DNA of 43,487 nucleotides from a bacterium (GTDB lineage: Bacteria; Patescibacteriota; CG2-30-54-11): NCBI GenBank assembly GCA_029573015.1, contig JAKQHK010000101.1, forward strand, positions 1 through 43,487. The letters run 5' to 3'. Below are positions 1 to 9,400 of the stretch, one piece after another. Both the position numbers and the translations under genes were made by a program. Under the pieces are notes generated by a model that was given only the letters and a program-made list of their open reading frames with translations, was not told the origin of the DNA and made no database searches. Position 1 is the stretch's first letter. Every line of letters starts with the position of its first letter.

Positions 1-106
1 TTTTTTTCACATCAAAGGCGGGGTCGAAAAAATGAAAGGGTTTGAACCCTTGGAAAGTGGCGTCGTAGCAACAAAAAAGACGCCTTCAGCGTCTCTTTGT
101 ACCATC

Positions 107-184
107 TGGGGTGACTGATGGGACTCGAACCCACGGCCTCCAGGGCCACAACCTGGCGCTCTAACCAACTGAGCTACAGTCACC
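107..184 (-). tRNA. tRNA-His (GUG), with G-1 and encoded CCA
   Basis: Reverse complement GGTGACTGTAGCTCAGTTGGTTAGAGCGCCAGGTTGTGGCCCTGGAGGCCGTGGGTTCGAGTCCCATCAGTCACCCCA folds as a cloverleaf; anticodon GTG, C73 discriminator. Confidence 0.96.
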
Positions 185-252
185 ATATTGATTGAATCGA
201 ATAATAAATGTACAGGATGAACCTTGGCCAAAGGCCAACCGTCCTCTGGACG

Positions 253-377
253 CAACTGCCCACCTCCGCTTATTCCTCTTTCGCTAACGCTTCAGAGGAC
301 TTCGGCTTCGGTGGATAATTTCGTCATCCACTCTCCGCCTACGGCGGATCGCGGTGACTCTCTAAAGCTACAGTCAC
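253..377 (-). repeat. Interrupted 5' copy of tRNA-His: GTGACTGTAGCT, then a 107-nt hairpin insert, then CAGTTG
   Basis: 377-366 is identical to tRNA-His nt 1-12 and 258-253 resumes the tRNA (CAGTTG). Insert 365-313 matches the 27955 repeat unit at 44/53 positions, ungapped. Confidence 0.85.
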
Positions 378-513
378 TACAAAACAGCTGAATAAAAATA
401 GCATAACTGACCAAAAAAGCAAACTCCTCTGTACTTCCCCGTTTTCGCAGAGCCGTCTCAAGGATAAATCTACGGGGTGGAACACGTCTCTCTTAATTTA
501 AGTGATTGTCACA

Positions 514-760
514 CTATATTTTCAATAATCTTTTGTGCATAAATGCTCGACCTGAACAAGTTTTTAAATATCGTTCAAAAGATAAGGCAAGCTCCTTGTC
601 ATCAAACGCAAAATAAGTTCTCAGTCTCCAAGGACGATATTTGCTAGTATAAACAGAATCGCCTTTATTATGTGCAGATACTCTCTGTAAAACATCCGTT
701 GTATAGCCAGTATAAACTTGCTCTGGATTCGCTATACTTTGAATGATATACCCAATACAT
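514..760 (-). pseudogene. Small GIY-YIG nuclease, frameshifted near the start
   Basis: Manual translation: ATG at 760 gives MYWVY. A shifted frame reads YIIQSIANPEQVYTGYTTDVLQRVSAHNKGDSVYTSKYRPWRLRTYFAFDDKELALSFERYLKTCSGRAFMHKRLLKI-stop (514). It has the VY..YTG, R..H and E.YLK motifs. Restoring 2 nt in the TATAT run joins the frames. Confidence 0.88.
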
Positions 761-801
761 TTTCGAATCGGTTAATATAATGGCTTGAAGTTAATTTAAT
801 C

Positions 802-919
802 TGCCCGCCTTCGTTATTCAACTTCGTCGGGCAGCCTTCGCTTCCTTTTTTTTGCAGTGGCGTGCCAGCCGTAGCTCGACAGAGCCCCATCGAATGACGG
901 GGCGAAAAAGAGCGAAGGC
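802..919. repeat. Cluster of GC-rich CGAAG/CTTCG-containing palindromes upstream of the GIY-YIG pseudogene
   Basis: tgcccgccttcg...cttcgtcgggca, agccttcgct...agcgaaggct and gccccatcgaatgacggggc form nested inverted repeats. Confidence 0.65.
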
Positions 920-1028
920 TGGTGCCCCCTTCGGGGATTACACCCCCTTCGGGGACTTCGCCCCCAGCAGGACTTCCTTCCCCTTCGTCGCGTTGCTCCT
1001 CAGTGTCAGGATAAACTTCTCGTCCTGC
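920..1028 (-). repeat. Interrupted 3' copy of tRNA-Arg(UCU), with inserts in the T-loop and acceptor strand
   Basis: Minus strand reads GCAGGACGAG[aag..hairpin..gaag]TCCTGCTGGG[two ccccgaagggg hairpins]GCACCA, versus tRNA GCAGGTTCGAGTCCTGCTGGGCGCACCA. Confidence 0.85.
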
Positions 1029-1130
1029 TTGATACTACTACCCCGTTTTCTGATGGACCGCTCCGAGGAAAACGGTCCCCTTTCTTTTGGCGTCACCTTT
1101 TCTTTCTTAAAGAAAAGGTGAAGGTATCAC

Positions 1131-1207
1131 TGGTGCGCCCAGCAGGACTTCCTACACTCCCCTCCGCCTTACGGCTCCGGCTCGCTTCAGGACAGGCTTC
1201 TCGTCCT
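1131..1207 (-). repeat. Second interrupted 3' copy of tRNA-Arg(UCU), with a T-loop insert
   Basis: 1131-1149 is identical to the tRNA 3' end (tggtgcgcccagcaggact). On the minus strand it is preceded by AGGACGAG[aag..hairpin..gaag]. Confidence 0.85.
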
Positions 1208-1210
1208 TTA

Positions 1211-1245
1211 TCTCAACTCACGACTCACAACTAACGACTCACGAC
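1211..1245. repeat. Degenerate 7-mer tandem repeat x5
   Basis: tctcaac tcacgac tcacaac taacgac tcacgac. Confidence 0.85.
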
Positions 1246-1252
1246 TATCTTG

Positions 1253-1329
1253 TGGTGCGCCCAGCAGGACTCGAACCTGCAACCTACTGCTTAGAAGGCA
1301 GTTGCTCTATCCAATTAAGCTATGAGCGC
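1253..1329 (-). tRNA. tRNA-Arg (UCU)
   Basis: Reverse complement GCGCTCATAGCTTAATTGGATAGAGCAACTGCCTTCTAAGCAGTAGGTTGCAGGTTCGAGTCCTGCTGGGCGCACCA; anticodon TCT, A20, CCA. Confidence 0.96.
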
Positions 1330-1475
1330 AGAAAGGCACGTATATATGGTAATGTGCTGCAACCTCTTACTCTTAAACTATACCATCAGCCGCCGAAAAA
1401 CCGCAACCGCTTTGGATTTACAGGCTACTCCGAGTTTGTTATGCTTTCACTATACAACTTAATAGTGGCGCAGCC

Positions 1476-2486
1476 ATGAGCCAGAATAAAAAGCAGCAGC
1501 ATGTCGATATCTGCCTGAAGCATCCGGTAGAGACCGGAACGAATGGTTTTGAAGCATACTGGTTTGAACATACCGCCCTACCGGAAATCGACCTGGCGGA
1601 AATAGCCACCAGTACGGAATTCCTTGGCAAAGCCATCAGCGCTCCGCTCATCATCAGCGCCATCACGGGCGGATCTGACAAGCTCGGAGCTATAAACCGC
1701 CATCTGGCACTGGCGGCACAACAACTCAATTTACCTCTCTGCGTCGGCTCGCTGAAAACCGCGCTCGAGCATCCGGAAACAGCCTCATCCTTTCAGGTAC
1801 GCCAGTATGCCCCCTCCATTCCCCTGCTCGCCAATCTCGGACTGGTGCAGCTCAATTACGGCTACGGACTGGACGAATGCCGAAGAGCAGTTGAGCTCAT
1901 CGAAGCGGATGCACTCGTGTTTCATCTCAACCCCCTCCAGGAAGCGATCAGCGCCGAGGGAGACACGAATTTCAAGCATCTGCTCTCCAAGCTGGAAAAA
2001 ATCATCCCGCAGCTTGGTGTACCGGTAATCATCAAGGAAGTCGGTTTCGGCATCTCCCGCCCGGTTGCCCAGAAACTTGCCAACATCGGGGTAAAATACA
2101 TCGACGTCAATGGCCGTGGCGGCACCAACTGGGCGCTCGTCGAAGGCATCCGAACGAACAATCCGATTAGCACAGCTTTTGCCACATGGGGCATTCCCAC
2201 GGCTACCTGCCTGCGTGACTGCCGGGATATTCACGGATTAACACTTATTGCCGGCGGTGGCATTCGTACCGGAGTCGATATCGCCAAATCCCTTGCGCTT
2301 GGCGCAGACTATGCCTCTCTGGCATTGCCTGTCCTCGCTGCTGCCGCTACCTCAGAGGCTGCGGTTGTCGAAGTTTTAACGGCACGCATCACCGAACTGC
2401 GCTATGCCATGTTCTCTACGGGCGAAAAAAACATCCACGCCCTGCAGCAGTCAAAAAAAATTCATCACCCGTCTGACCGGTTATGA
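1476..2486 (+). CDS. fni: Type 2 isopentenyl-diphosphate delta-isomerase (FMN-dependent)
   Basis: N-terminal K..HV..C, then ITGGS, HLNPLQE, KEVGFG, GRGGTNW and GGGIRTGVD motifs; 336 aa. Confidence 0.95.
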   Translation: MSQNKKQQHVDICLKHPVETGTNGFEAYWFEHTALPEIDLAEIATSTEFLGKAISAPLIISAITGGSDKLGAINRHLALAAQQLNLPLCVGSLKTALEHPETASSFQVRQYAPSIPLLANLGLVQLNYGYGLDECRRAVELIEADALVFHLNPLQEAISAEGDTNFKHLLSKLEKIIPQLGVPVIIKEVGFGISRPVAQKLANIGVKYIDVNGRGGTNWALVEGIRTNNPISTAFATWGIPTATCLRDCRDIHGLTLIAGGGIRTGVDIAKSLALGADYASLALPVLAAAATSEAAVVEVLTARITELRYAMFSTGEKNIHALQQSKKIHHPSDRL

Positions 2487-3766
2487 CCGACATCCTGCCG
2501 CTTATCAAAATTTTTGTCATCCTCGCCGTTATCGGCTGGTTCATCAGATTGAAACTGAATATCGGTGTCAATCTCTTTCTTGCCAGCATCCCGCTGGCAT
2601 TCCTCTTCAATTTCGATGCTCGGGACTGGCTGCAGTCGGCTGCCGAAGCGCTCAGCTATATGCCCACCCTGACACTCGCTGCGGTCATCATCAGCATCTC
2701 TGTGTTCTGCCGCATCTGGAAAGCAACCGGCCGCATGGATGAACTAGTGCGTTCCTTCGCTGAACTCGTGAGCTCACGTCGCCTCAGCCTCATGTTCTTC
2801 CCGAGCATCGTCGGACTGCTTCCCATGCCGGGCGGAGCATTTTTCTCCGCGCCGCTCGTGCAGGCAGCTGCCCGGAAAACCAGTCTGACTGTCGATGACC
2901 AGGCAACGATCAACTACTGGTTCCGCCATGTCTGGGAATTCGTCTGGCCGCTCTATCCGGCCATGCTCTGGTTCAGCGAAACGTACAAAGTCCCTCTGGT
3001 CAGGATCATACCCTACAGCGGGGTGATCACCCTGAGCGCCATTATCGGAGGCAATGTCGTCCTGTTCCGCAGGCTGGGCTCCCTCGCTGATTTCAGTATC
3101 CATCTGAAAAAGCTGCCGGCTTTCCTGAAAACACTCTCGCCCCTGCTCATCCTCGCATTTATCGCCATAACCAGCGCAACAACGCTGCCGTTACTCCATA
3201 CCCTGCTGCCGGAATCCATCTATTCCTCACAAAACATCCCGCTTATGATCGGAGTTGTCTGCGCTACCCTGTTTCTCGTCATCCGCAACCATCTCTCTCT
3301 GAAAACCGTCAACCAGCACATCCGATCTGCTGACGTTCCCGGCCTCGCGGCTATTGTGCTCGGGGTGATGATTTTTAAAGAAATGTTAACCGACAGCGGC
3401 GCTGCCACGGATATTGGGGCAGCTTTTCAGGCAGTACACATCCCCGCCCCCCTCTTTGTCGTCGTTTTTCCCCTGTTCCTCGGTGCCCTGCTCAGTTACA
3501 CCATGAGTTCCCTGAGCATTGCCCTGCCGATTGTTATTGCGAGCGTCGGCATCAACCCGGCTGATATGCAGGCAATTCTTCCTTATTTTATCCTCGTATT
3601 TGCCTCCACCTTTTTCGGCGTCATGCTCACGCCCCTGCATGCCTGTTTTGCCCTCACCCGGGAATACTTCCAGGCAAGCTGGGGCGGTATGCTCAAGCGG
3701 GTTGCGCCGGCCTATCTATTTCCCATGACCGCTGCGATCATTATGTTCGTGCTCATGAAGCAATAA
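2483..3766 (+). CDS. DUF401-like multi-pass membrane protein (putative transporter)
   Basis: GLLPMPGGAFFSAP and INYWFRHVWE..WPLYP motifs; many TM segments; ATGA overlap with fni. Confidence 0.85.
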   Translation: MTDILPLIKIFVILAVIGWFIRLKLNIGVNLFLASIPLAFLFNFDARDWLQSAAEALSYMPTLTLAAVIISISVFCRIWKATGRMDELVRSFAELVSSRRLSLMFFPSIVGLLPMPGGAFFSAPLVQAAARKTSLTVDDQATINYWFRHVWEFVWPLYPAMLWFSETYKVPLVRIIPYSGVITLSAIIGGNVVLFRRLGSLADFSIHLKKLPAFLKTLSPLLILAFIAITSATTLPLLHTLLPESIYSSQNIPLMIGVVCATLFLVIRNHLSLKTVNQHIRSADVPGLAAIVLGVMIFKEMLTDSGAATDIGAAFQAVHIPAPLFVVVFPLFLGALLSYTMSSLSIALPIVIASVGINPADMQAILPYFILVFASTFFGVMLTPLHACFALTREYFQASWGGMLKRVAPAYLFPMTAAIIMFVLMKQ

Positions 3767-3795
3767 AAAAACCAGGAGATGACTCCTGGTCTTTT
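3765..3795. terminator. Bidirectional intrinsic terminator
   Basis: aaaaaa-accaggag-atga-ctcctggt-ctttt between convergent genes. Confidence 0.75.
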
Positions 3796-3825
3796 GCTCA
3801 CTAAGCAGATCAAGATTAAAAGAAG

Positions 3826-4107
3826 CTAGGCATCCTTTTCCACGGCAATCGAGCAGCCGGTTGCCAATCCCACGATCAACCCGAGCACGGCAAGATAGGG
3901 AGCCAGGATGGAAGCGATGACTGCAATCGTGAGTGGCAGCTGAATCACCTGTTTGCCATCATGTGAAATCACCACCCGGCGCTTATTGCCTTCCTGGACT
4001 GCTTCCTTGCCTTTGGCGAGGACTTTCTCTCCGGCACAACAGAGACGTTCTTTTGCCTCAGGCTTGGCAGTCTTGGCAGCGGGTTTTTTCTTGCTTTCTT
4101 CGACCAT
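3826..4107 (-). CDS. DUF4342-like small membrane-associated protein
   Basis: K..V.EGN.RRV.I...G......P motif followed by a hydrophobic hairpin and C.I.VEK. Confidence 0.8.
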   Translation of the reverse strand: MVEESKKKPAAKTAKPEAKERLCCAGEKVLAKGKEAVQEGNKRRVVISHDGKQVIQLPLTIAVIASILAPYLAVLGLIVGLATGCSIAVEKDA

Positions 4108-4270
4108 GGATGATTCCTTGGACTAATGATTAGAGAGGGTGGTCCGCTATATCAGACCGCGTCCAGTGTACCACGGATGCGACGCTGAGGGTAGTCTTTT
4201 TCAGGCCATTTTGAGAATAAAACGAAAAAGCGTACACTGACACCGATAACTCGTACCAACAGGTAACCAC

Positions 4271-4762
4271 ATGGCAGACACATCAGTAACCAGCAAACAC
4301 GCTGTGCAACTCCTCGAGCTTTGTGCATCGCAGAACCTCACCCTCGCTGCTGCCGAATCCTGCACCGGCGGGGGCCTGGCCGCCTGTATTACCGGTGTAC
4401 CCGGCAGCTCCCACGTCTTCCGGGGCAGCATCGTCGCCTACAGCAATGAGATTAAAACAAGCGTCCTGCGCGTATCCCCTGAAACGCTCGCAGCGCATGG
4501 CGCGGTCAGCGAAGCGACCGCGCGGGAGATGAGCGAACGCATCTGCAGTCTCATGCACAGCGACATCGGCATCGGCATTACCGGCATCGCCGGCCCGGAC
4601 GGCGGCATGCCGGAAAAGCCGGTTGGGCTGGTGTATATCGCCATAACTGTCCAAGGGTCAACCGATGTAACGCAGCTGCACCTGATCGGCGACCGGCAGT
4701 CTATCCGCGAACAGGCTGTCAATGCCTCGCTTGATCAGTGTCTGAGAAAAATCAAGGGGTAG
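4271..4762 (+). CDS. cinA: CinA C-terminal domain / NMN amidohydrolase (PncC family)
   Basis: AESCTGG, PGSS, YSNE.K, GAVSE, GITGIAGP.GG...KPVGLV motifs. Confidence 0.93.
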   Translation: MADTSVTSKHAVQLLELCASQNLTLAAAESCTGGGLAACITGVPGSSHVFRGSIVAYSNEIKTSVLRVSPETLAAHGAVSEATAREMSERICSLMHSDIGIGITGIAGPDGGMPEKPVGLVYIAITVQGSTDVTQLHLIGDRQSIREQAVNASLDQCLRKIKG

Positions 4763-4953
4763 AGGTCAGAATTTAGAGGTTAGGGACTAGGAATAACCAT
4801 TCATAACAAGTTCTAACCAGCAATAACAGTTGGTTTGGGTCACGAGTCCAAAGTCTCTAGTCAGGGAACAGGTGTGAGGTGTACCGATACTATAGCGCCT
4901 GTCGCCTTTCCCCTGTACTCTCTCCCCTGCTCCCTTTGTGTTCTTCGTGGTAA
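4760..4953. repeat. Intergenic composite of degenerate 7-mer tracts
   Basis: tagaggt cagaatt tagaggt tagggac taggaat (4760-4794); agtccaa agtctct agtcagg gaacagg tgtgagg; gcgcctg tcgcctt tcccctg tactctc tcccctg. The last two tracts are partly complementary. Confidence 0.6.
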
Positions 4954-4963
4954 AAAAAAGCTA

Positions 4964-5629
4964 CTAGTCCCGATGCCGCATCTGTGTTTCCAGCCAGACG
5001 ATCATCTCCTCCAGGCCAGTACCTTTGGTTGCCGAAACTTCGAACGTGATGGCATCGGTATTGCACATGAGAATATTGTCATAAATCTGCTTCAAGTCAG
5101 TCCCGAGTATTTCAGCAAGGTCAACCTTGTTGATGGCAACCGCCTGGGTCCGGGCAAACATGACCGGATATTTCAGGGGTTTATCCTCGCCCTCGGTGAT
5201 GCTCAGGACCACGAGTCGGGCATGCTCGCCAATGTCAAACTCAGCCGGGCAGACGAGATTGCCGACATTCTCGATGATGAGGACGTCCAGATTATCAAGG
5301 TCGAACTGTTTGAGGGCATTTTTGACCATGAGCGCATTCATATGACAGCTGCTTCCGTATTTCTGAGTGATGATCTGCACAGCCTGGATACCGAGCGCCG
5401 CGATCCGATCCCGGTCGCGGGTGGTGGCCATATCACCCTCGATCACCCCCATACGGTATTTGCCGGTTAGTCTGGTAATCAGCGCTTCCAGCAGGGTCGT
5501 TTTGCCGGCTCCCGGGCTGCCCATGACATTGAGGCAATAAACGTTCTTTTCCTGAAAAACCCGGCGGATTTCTGCAGCCAGCCGGTCATTGTCCTCGAGA
5601 ATTGCTTTATCAACCACGATTTCAGTCAT
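4964..5629 (-). CDS. hypB: Hydrogenase nickel incorporation GTPase HypB
   Basis: GSPGAGKTT P-loop, IEGD, CH, ENVGNLVCPAEFD, EGEDKPLKYP and NKVD motifs. Confidence 0.97.
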   Translation of the reverse strand: MTEIVVDKAILEDNDRLAAEIRRVFQEKNVYCLNVMGSPGAGKTTLLEALITRLTGKYRMGVIEGDMATTRDRDRIAALGIQAVQIITQKYGSSCHMNALMVKNALKQFDLDNLDVLIIENVGNLVCPAEFDIGEHARLVVLSITEGEDKPLKYPVMFARTQAVAINKVDLAEILGTDLKQIYDNILMCNTDAITFEVSATKGTGLEEMIVWLETQMRHRD

Positions 5630-5655
5630 GCTGTCTTCCTCCTGAATACAACAAA

Positions 5656-5683
5656 CGTGCCTGTCGTCATGCTGACAGGCACG
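5656..5683 (-). terminator. Hairpin, probable intrinsic terminator just upstream of hypB
   Basis: 10-bp stem cgtgcctgtc/gacaggcacg followed on the minus strand by TTTGTTGT. Confidence 0.55.
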
Positions 5684-5707
5684 CCTATTTTGCCATGAAC
5701 CGCAGGA

Positions 5708-6391
5708 TTACTGCAAGGGAGCGCTGAGCGGCGTATCTGCCGGCGCGGCAGGATCAGTCGGGGTTTCCGTGCTGCCCTGCTCCAGTTCCTCAAGATTCTT
5801 TATCGCGGTAAGTATTTCAGCATCCGGACGGATATCCTCGATAAACAGGATCGTATCCTTGCGGATACGCAGATTCTGGGTCGGCTGGTGCAGCTCGGTC
5901 TGACCAAGCTTGGTCAGATTCAGTTTCTGCTGGACATCACCCTTGTCATCCTCCTCTTCCTTGACTTTCAGATAGTACACATCCGCGCACCAGACATACT
6001 CGTCATTGAGCTCGGCAAGCTTGCAGAAATAAACTTGGTTGTTGTTCAGGAATACTGCCTGATACTGACCGTTGTACGGGGAAAGCTGTTCTTTTTCCTC
6101 CAGCTCGTAGAGGATGTTATCCGTGTTGTTATTAACTGCTTTAATGACCGATACCGAGGCGATCAGCACGCTGAAGGAGATGACAAACAAACCGACGATC
6201 GTCACAATCCGCAGGAGATAGTCTTTTTCCATATCCTCCTCGCAGCAACAGCAACTCTCCTCCTCGGCCGGCAGAAAGCTTGCCTGCTCTGGCGCTTTCA
6301 CCGCCACATGCGGTTTTTCTGTATGTTCGTGGCTAACTTCCGCTGTTGGTGCGTCCGGTTTTTTTTCTTTACTTGCTTTGGGCATAATCAT
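5708..6391 (-). CDS. Single-TM conserved hypothetical protein (start may be 6385)
   Basis: AGGAGG RBS, one TM helix, and a YQAVFL.N.QVYF.KL...DVYYL...L.KLG..ELH.P motif that I recall from CPR proteins; N-terminal CCCC run. Confidence 0.8.
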   Translation of the reverse strand: MIMPKASKEKKPDAPTAEVSHEHTEKPHVAVKAPEQASFLPAEEESCCCCEEDMEKDYLLRIVTIVGLFVISFSVLIASVSVIKAVNNNTDNILYELEEKEQLSPYNGQYQAVFLNNNQVYFCKLAELNDEYVWCADVYYLKVKEEEDDKGDVQQKLNLTKLGQTELHQPTQNLRIRKDTILFIEDIRPDAEILTAIKNLEELEQGSTETPTDPAAPADTPLSAPLQ

Positions 6392-6411
6392 GTCCTCCTG
6401 CTAGATGCATG

Positions 6412-6438
6412 AAGCGGCCCGCCGCTGGCGGGCCGCTT
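6412..6438 (-). terminator. GC-rich hairpin after the giant surface-protein gene
   Basis: Perfect 12-bp stem aagcggcccgcc/ggcgggccgctt. Confidence 0.65.
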
Positions 6439-6476
6439 GTCAGTATAGCTATTCGCGTGCGATCTCGCAACTGCTG

Positions 6477-9400
6477 TTATGGCTCGATCGCCATCCAGTA
6501 GAACGAACTGTTGACATCGCCAGAACAATACGCAGTAAACTGGCTGGCAGTTACTCCACTTACCGTAACACGTGTGTTAACCGTATTGATCGGGGTAGCG
6601 GTTATAATCGGGGCTACACCAAAGGCAGCAGGATAATTAACAACAACAGTACCCGCTGCGCAGGTACCCATGCCCCTCTGCAAGTCAGCATCTGTCAGGA
6701 CGGTCGATCCACCAACTGTAGCGCTACCTGCGCTAAGAGCTCCAGCAGTTGTAATCGAACCAGCTGTTAGCGCTCCGCCAGTTGTAATACTTGCTGCGGA
6801 AAGCGCACCAGAAGTAGTAATGCTCCCTGCACTAAGTGCACCAGCAGTCGTAAAGCTTCCAGCAGATACTGCCCCGCTAGCTGTAAGTGATACTGCACCG
6901 ATTGACCCAGCACCAATGATATTGCCTCCCGTGATGGACAAACCACCATTAATAAAGCTCGCAGCAGTAAACGTACCACCAGCAGCAGTGATCGAGCCAT
7001 TAGACTGATCAATCCTAAGGACTTCTGCGCCAGCAGGAGCAACATTCGATCTCACAACAACATCACCAACAAAGGTGTTGTCATTGCCGGTTGAAGTCGT
7101 GCTGACATATCCGAACTGCCCAAGCCCTGCAGCCTGGATGCTGGAAACGCTAATCGTGGCGCTGGTGGCGCTGATATTGTTGCCTGCAATGGTCACATTG
7201 CCGTCATCATCTACAGAGAACACCGCATTGGCTGTACCGGAATTTTCAATCTCAAACCCACCGCCAGCCTGAACCGTAACCGGCTGACCGGTCGAATTAA
7301 CGATTTTCCCCTGGATATCAATGCTTCTTACGGTGGTATTACCGTCGACATTGAGTTCATTATTCAGATCAACATTTCCGCTTACCGTAGCTCCACCGCT
7401 GACCGTCATGCCATCTTCGATTGTTGCTCCGTCCTTGAGAGTTGTCGCTCCATTCACCGTCATGCCGCCGGTGATGGTAACACCAGCATTGAGTGTGGCA
7501 ATGTCATCATCAACCGTCACGCCGTCAAGAGTCGTTGCGCCGTTGACATCGAGGTTGCCGGTTACATTCAAGTTAGCAAGACCAAGAGCACCGGTCAGCG
7601 TCATGTTATCAGCAGTTATATCTGTGGCATCCACATCCCCATTCTCATCAACCGTGAAAACCGGCACAGCCGCAACGGAATTTACTTGAATCGCTACCGC
7701 ATCGTCAGCCGGTGTGAGGATGATATCCGTCGGATCGATGGAACCGCTCACATAAAGGTCGCCTATTACTGCGACATGTTTGCCTGTGCTGGCAGCATTT
7801 CCGAGCGGATCGACTGCAAACACAGTCGTCTCGGTTGTGTAATCCTGAACCGCGATACCCTGGTCATCCCGCAGATACAGCGGATTGGCTTCACCGGATC
7901 CGATAGAACCGGTTACATGCAGCCGGTCATTAACACTCACATAATTAGTGTCACTCGCTGTGCCGTTCATGATCGTTGCTGCGTAGACCGTGTTCCAACC
8001 GTTTGATCCGGATCCCAGATTCCTACTTCCGGTCGGAATAATGTTGGTGTTGATACGTCCGTTGACCGAAATCGTGTCAGCAGCAGCATCCCCGAGATCA
8101 ACCGTACCATTAAGCGTGGTGGCGCCGTCAACTGTCAAATTACCGGTATTATCCAGATCGCCATTATTCGTCGTCGGCTGTCCCATGGGATAGAATTGTA
8201 CATCGCCATAGAGATAGACGCCTTTGCCGGCACTACCGATGTCGGCATCACCGTCATGGTCAATCGCACTGTCAACATCACCACGAAAGAAATTACTGCC
8301 ATGTAATGTCATATCGCCGTAGAAATCCGATGCCGCTTGCACCGTCAGGACATCATTCAGTGTGGTCGCCCCATCAACGTCAAGCGTGCCGGTGATGTAG
8401 GCATCATCACAATAGGTGGATCCCCCCACCGCAACACTCAAGCAACCGATGAAGTCGTCAGCATAGATTTCATCCCATTCCAACCCTGCTGCACCAAGAT
8501 CAAATGTTTGGTGTGCGTTGGGAACAACATCGCTGTTGATGCGGGCATTGTAGACGACTATGTCGCCCAATGCATCACCAAGGAGAGTATTGCCCGAGAC
8601 AGATAGTGTATTACCGACACTTACGTTGTTGCTGATTGTTGCATTGTTACCAACGGTCAAATTGACATCGGCGGTAACATTGTTTAAAGCTCTGACATTA
8701 TTGTCCGCTCGTACATCTACCGCGGACCGGATGGTGTTGGCAGCATACACATTGCCATCCTCTGTGACCAGGAAAACATCAGCGGTATCAAGTGAATCAC
8801 GCACCTCGATCACATCCTGGCCATCCCCGATCGGCTGGAAATAAATCGCCGTGGGATCAATAGTACCGGTTACCTCCAGGTCGCCATTGATACTCACTTC
8901 ATAGTGAGACGCCATAGGGCCCGCCTCTGGTACGCCATTACGCATGGTGACAAAAGTATTGCCATCACTGCGGAAATCAAACCCATGGCTATCGCCAAAG
9001 ATGAGGGGGTCAGCATCTCCGGAACCGATGGAATCAGTGACGAGCAGACGGTCATCAACCATGACATATCCGCTGTTAGCAGCAGGATTGCTGTTGTAGA
9101 TGGCTCCCTGGATATCGATTGTATCAGTAGCGTCAGTCCCCAGCACCGTATCTTCGTAAACATTCAAATAGTCGGTGTTGATTGTCGTCGCCGTAATGGT
9201 ATCAACAAACAGATTAGCCCACTCACGTGCTGCAGAACCGAGATTATAAGCAAGCGTCGTGCTTGGCAGAACGTCCGCTCTTATATCCACAATACCTGTC
9301 TGGGGCACGAGGAAAATATTTCCTCCGCCGGCTGTGGTACGAATGGTGAGTGCCCCGCCAACTTTCTGAATTGCATTATTAAGCACTCCTGTCTGGTTGC

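Noticed and set aside
37-50. T-arm-like AGGGTTCAAACCCT downstream of tRNA-His (minus strand)
   Set aside because: Does not match the His T-stem, and the context is cut by the window edge.
1131-1149. Prophage/ICE attL-attR from tRNA 3' duplications (also 28379-28401)
   Set aside because: Copies lie within a few hundred bp of the tRNA, no integrase or phage genes are present, and 5' copies also exist.
7-1479. ORF-track entries 7..255, 852..1121 and 1252..1479 (likewise 31433..31785)
   Set aside because: They overlap tRNAs or palindromic repeats and are translations of non-coding sequence.
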